Origin: an uncultured Chloroflexia bacterium
GTDB lineage: Bacteria; Chloroflexota; Anaerolineae; JAAYZQ01
Direction: 5' to 3'
Assembly (NCBI GenBank): GCA_963700285.1
Contig: CAVOXA010000006.1
Location: 128,001-192,000 of the forward strand
DNA length: 64,000 bases
Shown piece by piece: positions 55,573-64,000 of this stretch (position 1 is the stretch's first letter; each line of letters opens with the position of its first letter). The translations under genes were made by a program, and so were the position numbers. The notes under the pieces were generated by a model. The model worked only from the letters and a program-made list of their open reading frames with translations. It did no database searches and was not told the origin of the DNA.

Positions 55573-57000
55573 TCACAACGACGGGCGCCAGGTCGGATCG
55601 CCGAACCAGGGACGGACGCGCTCCAACGCCGCGGCCACCCGGAACACACGCTCATCGTCATAGGTGGGTCCCACGATCTGCACCCCGGTCGGCAGCCCAC
55701 CACTGGCCAGCCCCGAGGGCACGGCCAGCACCGGACAGCGGCTGGCTATGTTAAAGGGAATGGTCAGAATCGTATCAAAGTAGTCATCCAGCACCACACC
55801 GTCGACCATGACCTTGGTCTCCACATAGTCGTCACCGGCCAGCAGCGCCGGGATTCCCGCTGTCGGGCAGATCAGGGCGTCGTAGCGTTCCAGGATCTGA
55901 CCCAGCTCGGCATAAAGCCGGCCCTCGATCTCCAGGCCCTCCAGGAAGCTGATCTCGCGACTGGCCGCCTCAGCGCCGTCGATAAAGGCCCGGGTATAGG
56001 GCATGAGCAGATCCGTGTGTTCACCCGAGCTGTCCCCACTCGCGGCCGCAAAGATGGCGCCATAGTGGGCCCAGCTCGCCCGGGAGATGTCCGCGCGCTT
56101 CCAGGAAAACTCGACCTCCTCGACCACGGCGCCCGCCTCGCAAAGCGCCTCGGCTGCGGCCCGGGTATTGGACTCGACCTCCGCCCCAATGGCATAGTCG
56201 CCCAGGTGGATGGACAGCGCTATCTTGCTCCCGTCAATGCCACCCAGCTCCTGCGGGATCCGCACCGCCGGGCGCAGCGAGACCACGTCCAGGGGATGAG
56301 GCCCTGCGATCACATTCTGCAGCAGTGCGCAGTCGGCTACCGTTCGAGCCAGCGGCCCGTCGTGGCAATAGTGGTCCAGGTTAAAGGGCGGCAGGGCCGG
56401 CACCCGGCCGTAGGGCGGCTTGAAACCCACCACCCCACTGAAGGATGCCGGGATGCGGATCGAGCCGCCGATGTCCGAGCCGGTGGCCAGGACCGCCGTT
56501 CCGGCCGCCAGTGCGGCCCCCGAGCCCCCCGAAGACCCTCCGGGAGAGTATTCCAGGTTCCACGGATTGCGGGTCACGCCCCACAGCCTGGTGTGGGTAA
56601 AGCCGGCGCAGCAGAACTCGGGCGTGGTCGTGCGGGCATGGACGATGCCGCCAGCAGCGACGATCCGTTCGACGATGGGGTGCGTGATTTCGGCCACGTT
56701 GTCCTTGTACAGCAGCGAGCCCTCAGTCGCGGTATGCCCGGCGATGGGATGTTCCTCCTTGATCGCGACGGGCAGGCCTTCCAGCGCCCGGGGAGGCGCG
56801 CCGCTCCCGGCATAGCGGGCCTCCGCGGCGCGGGCCTGCTCCAGCGCCTCATCGAACAGCCGCTCGGCGAAGGCATTGATCTTGGGCTCGACAGCTTCGG
56901 CCCGCTCAATCACCGCTACCATCAGCTCGACGGGCGACAACTGGCGCGCGCGAAACAGCCGCAGTAGTTCCGTCGCCGGTAGATAGATCAAATCCTGCAT
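55573..57000 (-). CDS. Amidase-signature family amidase
   Basis: GLPVAIKE, SPGGSSGGS and GSDIGGSIRIPAS. Confidence 0.9.
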   Translation of the reverse strand: MQDLIYLPATELLRLFRARQLSPVELMVAVIERAEAVEPKINAFAERLFDEALEQARAAEARYAGSGAPPRALEGLPVAIKEEHPIAGHTATEGSLLYKDNVAEITHPIVERIVAAGGIVHARTTTPEFCCAGFTHTRLWGVTRNPWNLEYSPGGSSGGSGAALAAGTAVLATGSDIGGSIRIPASFSGVVGFKPPYGRVPALPPFNLDHYCHDGPLARTVADCALLQNVIAGPHPLDVVSLRPAVRIPQELGGIDGSKIALSIHLGDYAIGAEVESNTRAAAEALCEAGAVVEEVEFSWKRADISRASWAHYGAIFAAASGDSSGEHTDLLMPYTRAFIDGAEAASREISFLEGLEIEGRLYAELGQILERYDALICPTAGIPALLAGDDYVETKVMVDGVVLDDYFDTILTIPFNIASRCPVLAVPSGLASGGLPTGVQIVGPTYDDERVFRVAAALERVRPWFGDPTWRPSL

Positions 57001-57175
57001 GAGCATCCTCCTCGGGCCGCCAGGCTCACGGGCCCGATTCCTTTTCCGCAGGCCGCAGGATCCTCGCGGCTTCGGCTTTCTGTTGAACCTCCGGTGGCAG
57101 GACAGACTTCCAAAGCCAGGGACGAACCTCAGGTTCACGACTTTGGAAGTCTGGTTGCCGGCGATTCACAGGCGG

Positions 57176-58969
57176 TTATTCTGCGATCTCCCAGTCCGCG
57201 ATGTTCCAGGTGATCATATCATTGGCATTGTCGACAATGCCCTTGATCCGCGGGTTATAGCCCGCAGCTTCGATGGAGACAAACAGCGGGATATTGGACA
57301 GGTCTTTATCCAGGATCTCGGCGATCTGGCAAAAGACCTCTTTCCGGTACTCTTCGTCCAGCGTATAGGTCTCGTCCAGCAAGGCATCAAAGTCCTCGTT
57401 CGACCAGCGGGTTACGTTCCAGCCCATGTCTGGTTCCATGGCGTCGGTGTGGTAGTAGACCCACAGGAAATCGGTGAGCTGGTTGCCGGCGTAGCCGTCG
57501 TCCCACAGGTCAAGGTCAAAGTTACCGTTCTGCTCGATACCCCCGTCGTCGTAGGTGCCCCATAGCTGGCTGCCCTCGACCATGCCCAGCTCGGTGCCCA
57601 TGCCGAGATCATTCAGATCCTCGGCGATGAGCTGGTGGGCCAGCTCCAGCGTCTCACCCCATTCCGAGTAGACCAGGAACTCGGTCACCATCTCATAGCC
57701 CTCGGGCGCGCCGGTGGTGCAGCCGTGGCACTCACGAATGCCGTCCCCGTCGGTGTCGGTCCAGCCGGCCTCCTCCAGCAGCGCCTTGGCGCCTTCGAGG
57801 TCGTATTCCGGCTTGGGGACGTCGCACGTATAGGGCTCGCGGTAGAACTCGGTCCACTGCACGGTCATCATACCTGTGTCGCCCCAGACCCCCGCCAGGA
57901 TCTCGTCGGCGTTGACGGCCATGCGCATGGCCTGGCGGACGCGCAGGTCACTAAAGATGGGGTGCGGATCGGCCTCCGCATCGATAGAGCCCCTGGCCGC
58001 CAGGTTGGGCCACATACGCACCAGCCAGCGGCCAAACTCGGCCCTACTGACCTCCACGGCATCCGTCTCGTTGTAGGCGTTCATAACGGTCTCTATGATC
58101 CAGAAATCCACGTCGCCATCGCCGCCCAACATCATCTCCTGGCGGACCGTCGCCTCGGGTACAATCTGGACAAAGACCTTGTCGATGCTGGGTTTGCCTT
58201 CTTCATAGTAGTTGGGATTGCGGACAAAGGTCAGGTGATCGCCAGAGTCCCACTCTTCGAGAAGGTAGGGACCACTGCTCAGCGGATCCCGGTTGCAGTC
58301 CCACGAGCCGATGCCCCCATCCCCGGTGCAATAGTGCTCGGGCCAGATGGCGCCATAGAATCCGCCGAGCTGCTCCAGGTAATCGGGGTAAACGCCGTTA
58401 TAGTGGACCACAAAGGTATAGTCGTCTATCTTTTCAATACTGTCCGTATAGTCCATACCCGGCACCCACATGCCGGTCTCGGGATCGGCGAGGGCGTCCC
58501 AGGTAAAGATCACGTCGTCGGCCGTAACCGGCTCGCCATCCGACCAAAAGACGTCGTCCCGCATCGTCCAGGTGACGTCCATAGTCCACGCATCCTCGTC
58601 GATGACCACACCACCGTTTTCGATGGTGGGCAGCTCTGCGGCCAACTCGGGAAAGATCTCGCTGTTCGGGCCGATGTCAGCCATGGCCAGCAGGGTCATC
58701 TCGGCCACGAGGTTCTCGTAGCCGGTATCGGTCAAAAAGTGGTTAAAGCTGGGCGGATCCTCCATGGAGAGGATGACGACGCTCGTTTCCTCAGCTTCAG
58801 ACTCCTCAGGCTCGGGCGCCATGGTCGGTTCAGCCTCAGCCGCCATGGTCGGCTCGGCCTGGGCAGGCGGCGCCGGCTCCTGGGTGGCCCCACAACTCAG
58901 CAAGCCGGCCACAAGGACCGCGCACACCAATGCCAGCGCCAACAGCTTGATCGTTCGCTTTTCCATCAT
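57176..58969 (-). CDS. Family 5 ABC substrate-binding lipoprotein
   Basis: Lipobox LLSC, WSDGEPVTADDVIFTW, SGPY and LLEEAGWTDTDGDG. Confidence 0.9.
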   Translation of the reverse strand: MMEKRTIKLLALALVCAVLVAGLLSCGATQEPAPPAQAEPTMAAEAEPTMAPEPEESEAEETSVVILSMEDPPSFNHFLTDTGYENLVAEMTLLAMADIGPNSEIFPELAAELPTIENGGVVIDEDAWTMDVTWTMRDDVFWSDGEPVTADDVIFTWDALADPETGMWVPGMDYTDSIEKIDDYTFVVHYNGVYPDYLEQLGGFYGAIWPEHYCTGDGGIGSWDCNRDPLSSGPYLLEEWDSGDHLTFVRNPNYYEEGKPSIDKVFVQIVPEATVRQEMMLGGDGDVDFWIIETVMNAYNETDAVEVSRAEFGRWLVRMWPNLAARGSIDAEADPHPIFSDLRVRQAMRMAVNADEILAGVWGDTGMMTVQWTEFYREPYTCDVPKPEYDLEGAKALLEEAGWTDTDGDGIRECHGCTTGAPEGYEMVTEFLVYSEWGETLELAHQLIAEDLNDLGMGTELGMVEGSQLWGTYDDGGIEQNGNFDLDLWDDGYAGNQLTDFLWVYYHTDAMEPDMGWNVTRWSNEDFDALLDETYTLDEEYRKEVFCQIAEILDKDLSNIPLFVSIEAAGYNPRIKGIVDNANDMITWNIADWEIAE

Positions 58970-59088
58970 TCTCTTCCTCCCTTTCTTCGGTGAGACAAAT
59001 TTCGCCTTCCTTCAACGTTCGCCCGCATGGAAACCGTGTGGAGAGCCGTCTTGACAGGCTTCTGACCACCCCCTTTCAGCTCGCTCGG

Positions 59089-59733
59089 CTAAAGGCTGGC
59101 CAACCTCTTGGCCTCGGCCACCGCTGAGATGGCGTCCTCCGCATAACCATCGGCCCCAATCTGTTCGGCCCAGGTTTCGGTCACCGGTGCGCCGCCGATC
59201 AAAACCTTGACCTGGTCGCGCAGGCCAGCTTCTTCCAGCGCATCGATGATCTTTTGCTGCTGCAGCATGGTCGTCGTCAGCAGCGCCGAAGCGCCGATCA
59301 GGGTCGCGCCCGCCTCTCTTACCGCGTCGATGAACTCGGCCGCCGTCTTGTCCACGCCGATATCGGTGACCTGAAACCCGTTGGCCGTGAGCATGGTGCC
59401 CACCAACGTCTTGCCGATCTCGTGCAGGTCGCCCTCCACCGTGCCCAGCACCACCCGGCCCAGGATCTCGCGCTCCTGGCCAGCGGCCAGGGCCGGCTCC
59501 AGGATGGTCAGCGCCGCCTTCATGGCATCACCGCCCATGATCAGGTCGGGCAAAAAGTACTCGCCCGTGGCGAAAAGCTCGCCCACGCGGTCAATGCCCG
59601 GGCTGAGCCCCTCGTTGATGCAGGCCAGGGGATCGAGGCCCTGCTCCAGCGCTTCCCTGGCCGCCTCCTCCGCGTCCTCAGGCTCGCCATCGACTACTGC
59701 CTGTGCCAACCTGCCATAGATCTCCTCCGACAT
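59089..59733 (-). CDS. Corrinoid (B12-binding) protein, MttC/MtbC-like
   Basis: GEYFLPDL, GTVEGDLHEIGK (DxHxxG), SALLTTTM, IGGAPV and IGADGY. Confidence 0.92.
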   Translation of the reverse strand: MSEEIYGRLAQAVVDGEPEDAEEAAREALEQGLDPLACINEGLSPGIDRVGELFATGEYFLPDLIMGGDAMKAALTILEPALAAGQEREILGRVVLGTVEGDLHEIGKTLVGTMLTANGFQVTDIGVDKTAAEFIDAVREAGATLIGASALLTTTMLQQQKIIDALEEAGLRDQVKVLIGGAPVTETWAEQIGADGYAEDAISAVAEAKRLASL

Positions 59734-59820
59734 TGGTGCCTCCTTCAGGTTATTCTGGATGTACCGAATTTCGGGGTAAGCCGCGGCCTGTGCGAAAAAC
59801 GCCAAGCGCCTCGCTGGCGC

Positions 59821-59849
59821 ATTATGCCACAGAACGCACTAGTACGCAA
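59821..59849 (-). promoter_or_regulatory. Putative internal promoter upstream of the corrinoid gene
   Basis: TTGCGT, 17 bp spacer ending in TGG, then CATAAT (minus strand). Confidence 0.4.
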
Positions 59850-59935
59850 CTCCCCCAATTCTGCCCTGGCGATTGCCACGGCGCAAACAGCGCGCCTCGC
59901 AATGACAGAGACCCAAGAGCAGGTCTTCCCCAGGT

Positions 59936-61389
59936 CTATCCAAACTGTACCTCAGCCGCAGCTATGATGGCCTGCAACTCAGCCCGCTGCGCAGCCTCCA
60001 ACGGCTCAGGTTCGTGCTCGGCCAGTATCCGGCCAAGCTCCATTCTCGCTCGCTGCCGGATCTCGGGCAGGCGGCTGCCGTCCAGCGGCGGCCGCGGATG
60101 TGAAAGCTCGGGGATCCAGATATCCCGCAGGTGCTGCCGGCTGTGCTCCTGGGCCAGGTAGTGACCCCTGGGTCCCACGGCTGCGATGACGTCCAGGGCC
60201 AGCGCATCTGCCCTCGTGTCCAGACCCTCGGCCAGGATCCGGTTGATGTGGTAGATCTCGTCGTCATAGATGATCTGCTCTGGGGCCAGCAGTGTTGAAG
60301 CCGCGCAGCATGCCGCCGCCGGTAGCGATATCGGCGCCGGCCAGCGGCACCATCAGGGCCGTATAGACGTGATCGCGGCCCATGCGCCACGTGTCCGGGT
60401 TGGTCGCCGTCCATGCCAAAGGCCCCGGCCAGGATGGGCACACCCCAGTCATGGGCGATCTGGACCGCCGCCGCGTTGCACAGGAACTTTTCGGGGATAC
60501 TGACGATATAGTCGGCGGTACGGGGATCCATCACCGAGCCCAGCAGGGAATAGAAAACGCTGGCCCCGGGTGCCACCAACTGCATCAGCACCAGAGCGCT
60601 GACCACCTCGGCGCTGCCCACGACCAACGCCCCACCGGGCGCGGCCGGCGCGGTGGCCCCCATGTTGGGCATGGCCATAAAGCCCACGGGAATGCCCGCC
60701 TCGGCGTAGACCATGCCGGCCTCGATGCCCTCCGGGTCCTGGCCCAGCGGCGCGATGGTACAGATCAGCACCGACATGGGCGGATTGGCCCTCATCCTCT
60801 CCCGATCTCCGGCGATCACCTCCGCCATGCGGACCGCGTACCGGGCCGGCTCGCCGCCCATCACCGTCTCTGTCTGCACGTGCTTGACGGTATTGTTAAA
60901 GCTGGCGTCCAGCTCGTGCAATGGGGCCAGGCGGCCATAGTCCTGGGCGCTGACCATCGGCCAGTAGAAAGAGACGGAGGACAAATAGTCGGCCACCCGC
61001 GCCATCATGGCCACGTCCTCCTTGCACGACCGCCGCTCCTCGTCCCGTGTCTGAAATCGAGGGTCCGCGTCCCGCAGCCATCGGTGCCAAAGTAGGTGGC
61101 CGTCCCGTCGAGCAGCAGGCCGGTCCCAGCCGATCTGCCCGGCGAGGGTGTAGGTGCGCGGGGCGTGGCTCATGGCCTCGACGACCAGGTCCGGCGTCAA
61201 GCGCACAACCTCGGTCTCCCAGTCCACCCGGGCGCCGTGCTCGGCAAAGACGCTCAGTGCACGCTGCGATGGAAAGTGTACGCCCACGTGCTCCAGCACG
61301 TGCAGCGTGGCGGCCTTGATCTCGCTCACCTGCCCCGCGCTCAATACCTCACAACGGCGGTTGGGCCGGATGGGCTTGATGTCTGGCAT
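59936..61389 (-). CDS. MttB-superfamily methyltransferase 7 (frameshifted)
   Basis: TLHVLEHVGV, KHVQTET, GATAPAAPGG and GPRGHYL. Confidence 0.82.
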
Positions 61390-61454
61390 ATTCTTCCTCC
61401 CCTCATCCAGACGTCCGAAGTTTCGGAAAACTTTGGAAGTCAACCCCAGTGTGT

Positions 61455-62898
61455 CTAGAGCGGCTCAAAGTGGAACTCGGGTCCCAGGTAGCGGCGCACG
61501 ATGCGCTCCAGCTCGGCCTCGACGCCAGCAGGCAGCGGCGGCGGGCTGTGCTGGGCCAGCAGGTCCTGGGCCCGTTCGCCGGCAGACATCCTCGATGGTC
61601 TCACCTCTGGCCAGCCAGGCGTCATAGGCTTCGCGGTTGAGGATATCTGGCAGCCAGTGCTGGCGAAAGGTGCGGCGCGTGTGTTTGGTCCGAAGAAAGT
61701 CACCGCGTGGCGTGTTGGCCTTGATCAGCGCCACCTCCTCATCCACGTCCGTGCAGCGGTGATGCCCTCCATCATGCGCCGCAGCCCGGCGATAAACTCA
61801 TTGTCCAGTACCATCTGCGTGTACGAGATGGACGCCCCGGCGTCGGTCGTGCCCACGCCATAGATGATGTCCGCACCCTCCAGCAGCAGGGGCACGGCCG
61901 TGACCGCCTTCTCAAAACCAGCCTGGGCGTCCAGCTCCTTGGCGTCGGAGGAGAGCCCGCCGCACATGGATGGCATGCCATAATAGCGCCCCATCAGCGC
62001 CGCACCGGCGTTGATCATGCCTCGTCTCCGGCGCGCCGAGCGGCAGCATCCCGGTGCGCATGTCCAGTACCGCCGAAACGCTGCCATAGAGCAGGGGCAG
62101 CCCCGGATACAGGATCTGGAGGACGACGATCCAGGCCAGGATGTCGGCGTTGATGACGACCAGCTCGCCCAGGAGCGTGGCCGGGGCCGAGGCGCCGCCC
62201 ATGGCCATGCTCAGCAGGGTGATGGGCACGCCGTGGGCCGGCCCAGCGCATCATGCAGCGCACGTTCTCTGGGGTAAAGTAGCCAGGGCTGATGGGGCAG
62301 TAGAGCGGTGGCAAAGTTGGGACGGGCACGAAAGGCGTCCTCGCCACCGGCCACGGCGGCCAGCATCTCAAAGGCAGCGTCCACCCGGTCGGGCGACAGG
62401 GTGCGGTGGACCACCGGCTTGCCGGTGCCGCGCAGCAGTTCTGCGATCTCGACCAGGTCGGAGCATTCCCCCTGGTCGGTGGCGGTGACGGTCGGCCGGA
62501 CAATGTCCACCTGGGGCAACGCATCCTGCAGGCGTCACCAGGTCGCGGACGTCCTGCCGGGTGGCCGGCCGCCGCCGGCCCGTCTCCAGATCAAGGACGT
62601 TGACCGGGGTCCCGGCGCCCATAAAGCTGGGCCTCTCATAGAAGGTCGCCGGTGTACCGCCTGCCCGGTCATACAGGCGCATGCGGCGCGGGAGGGTTCG
62701 CAGCGCTTCCCACACCAGTTCCGGGCTGGCGCGCACCATCTGCGCGTCCCAATCGACCTGGAAACCCGCTGCCTCCAGGCGGGCCAGGGCCTCGGCCTCG
62801 GGCACGCAAAAGCCCACTTCAGCCAAGATCTCCACAGTCTTGACGTGGATCCGTTCTGCAACTGATTCAGAAAGATAGCGTCCGGGCATCGTTTCCAT
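61455..62898 (-). CDS. MttB-superfamily methyltransferase 8 (frameshifted), closest to the canonical MttB motif
   Basis: IHVKTVEIL, GASAPATLLG and GRYYGMPSMCGGLSSDAKELDAQAGFEK. Confidence 0.82.
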
Positions 62899-62963
62899 CC
62901 TTGATGGTCCAGTCCTTGCCGGCTCCTGCACGGACCTTCGACCCCAGGCCTTCAGTTCAGAAC

Positions 62964-63489
62964 CTATCGGGCTCGCCCTGCACTCGCTGGCACAGCCTCT
63001 GCCGTCACAGGCTCAAGGGGCGCTGGCCTGGGCGCTTCCGCCTCGCCCCAGCGGTACGACAGCTTGTACATCTTTAGGATCATAAAGGTCTCGGTCCGCT
63101 CCACGCCGGGGACCCGCTGCAATCTGTCGCTGAGAAAGGTAACAAAATGATCCCTGTCGCGGCAATAGACCTCGACAAACAGGTCAAAACCGCCGGAGGC
63201 CATGAACAGGTAGGTGACTTCGGGGAACTGGGCAATGGCATCAGCCGCGGCCTGCAACCTGCCCGGCCTGGACCGTGACCCCGATCATGCCCGCCGAATT
63301 CCATTCCAGAAGCTGGGGCTCCACCACACCGACGATCTGGAGCACTCCCGCGTCGGTCATACGCTTGACGCGGCGGCGTACCGCGCCTTCCGTGAGGCCC
63401 AACTCGGCCGCGATCTCGGTATAGGGCATCCGCCCATCGTACTGCAGGTGGCCGACAATGGCCCGGTCGGTGTCATCCAGTTGCTTCAT
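62964..63489 (-). CDS. Lrp/AsnC-family transcriptional regulator (one frameshift)
   Basis: LDDTDRAIV..LQYDGRMPYTEIA..LGLTEGAVRRRV; C-terminal GGFDLFV..GVERTET. Confidence 0.9.
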
Positions 63490-63642
63490 CCGTACCCGCC
63501 TCCAGTCTTGCCTGGGGCACAGCCAATTCGGAAACATGACGCGTTCAGGAACAAAGCGTGTTCAGGAACATGGCGTGTTAGGAACACTGGCGTTGACAAT
63601 CCTGACATGTCCAAGAACACCGCGTGGTGTAGATTGCACGGC

Positions 63643-63671
63643 ATTATATACGAATTTCGTAGGAATGTCAA
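63643..63671 (-). promoter_or_regulatory. Sigma70 promoter heading the MttB cluster, with a palindrome in the spacer
   Basis: TTGACA, 17 bp, TATAAT on the minus strand; TACGAA-T-TTCGTA at 63649-63661. Confidence 0.8.
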
Positions 63672-63791
63672 GTTTTAGATCCGAAAATCGCATAGTGGCC
63701 GTGGGGTTTTCAGAGCACAGAAAAGACCTGGCAGGGTGGATGCCGCACATCCTTCGGACACCCTGTCAGGTCTGGCCAGTAGTTGGAGTTG

Positions 63792-64000
63792 TCAGCGTCG
63801 GGCAAGGTACCTTTTCGTCTCGACGGCGGCCATCGCCCCCACGCCGGCCATGACGCAAAAGATTATGAATCTAGGGAAGGACTGCTGAAAAGCATAGAGG
63901 AAGGCGAAATCTAAACCGAGGCTCAGGATCTCGGGTGCGGCGGACAGCAAAACGCCGCTAACAATCATCATCGCGACCAGGGCGGCCAGCCCGACGGCAT
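63792..64000 (-). CDS. C-terminal part of a hypothetical membrane protein (truncated by the window edge)
   Basis: Open hydrophobic frame AVGLAALVAMMIV...FIIFCVMAGVGAMAAVETKRYLARR*. Confidence 0.45.
   Translation of the reverse strand, partial: AVGLAALVAMMIVSGVLLSAAPEILSLGLDFAFLYAFQQSFPRFIIFCVMAGVGAMAAVETKRYLARR

Noticed and set aside
55573-57000. gatA
   Set aside because: Generic amidase signature with no gatB/gatC adjacent
59740-59935. Cobalamin riboswitch upstream of the corrinoid gene
   Set aside because: No recognisable B12-box or conserved GGGAA core seen by eye; a covariance-model search would be decisive
28111-61095. Long plus-strand ORFs (e.g. 28111-29523, 31605-33068, 42477-44300, 47212-48738, 55570-56967)
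   Set aside because: Antisense shadows of well-supported minus-strand genes in GC-rich DNA, with no motifs
1-64000. IS elements, integrases, prophage, tRNA or rRNA genes
   Set aside because: No transposase, integrase or phage motifs and no RNA-gene signatures recognised

Overview
GC-rich bacterial window. Gene style, NarX/NarL-type kinase motifs and repeat families suggest Chloroflexota/Anaerolineae (inference). Many genes are split by single-base indels that look like long-read errors. Contents from left to right: (1) the 3' part of an acyl-CoA ligase and a liv-type ABC operon (1.2-6.9 kb); (2) a 16 x 103 bp tandem array of inverted GTAG-type REP doublets (7.0-8.6 kb); (3) a Cys-rich lipoprotein and a C_GCAxxG_C_C redox protein with an in-frame TGA plus a SECIS-like hairpin, a probable selenoprotein that the ORF track truncates; (4) a multi-PAS/GAF HisKA_3 kinase, two response regulators, a ~5 kb secreted multicopper oxidase with FN3 repeats, and a cupredoxin / 2x DUF4418 / Cys-Cys ABC exporter / polyferredoxin operon (10-26.7 kb); (5) a ~36 kb run of 29 co-oriented minus-strand genes (27.1-63.5 kb) headed by an Lrp regulator. 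That run encodes eight non-pyrrolysine MttB-superfamily methyltransferases and one corrinoid protein, interleaved with agmatine deiminase, agmatinase, two C-N hydrolases, two class III aminotransferases, two saccharopine-dehydrogenase-family enzymes, an ornithine cyclodeaminase-family enzyme, FixC/FixX and transporters. It is the best candidate for an undescribed system: anaerobic corrinoid-dependent demethylation and catabolism of N-methylated polyamines, guanidines or basic amino acids.
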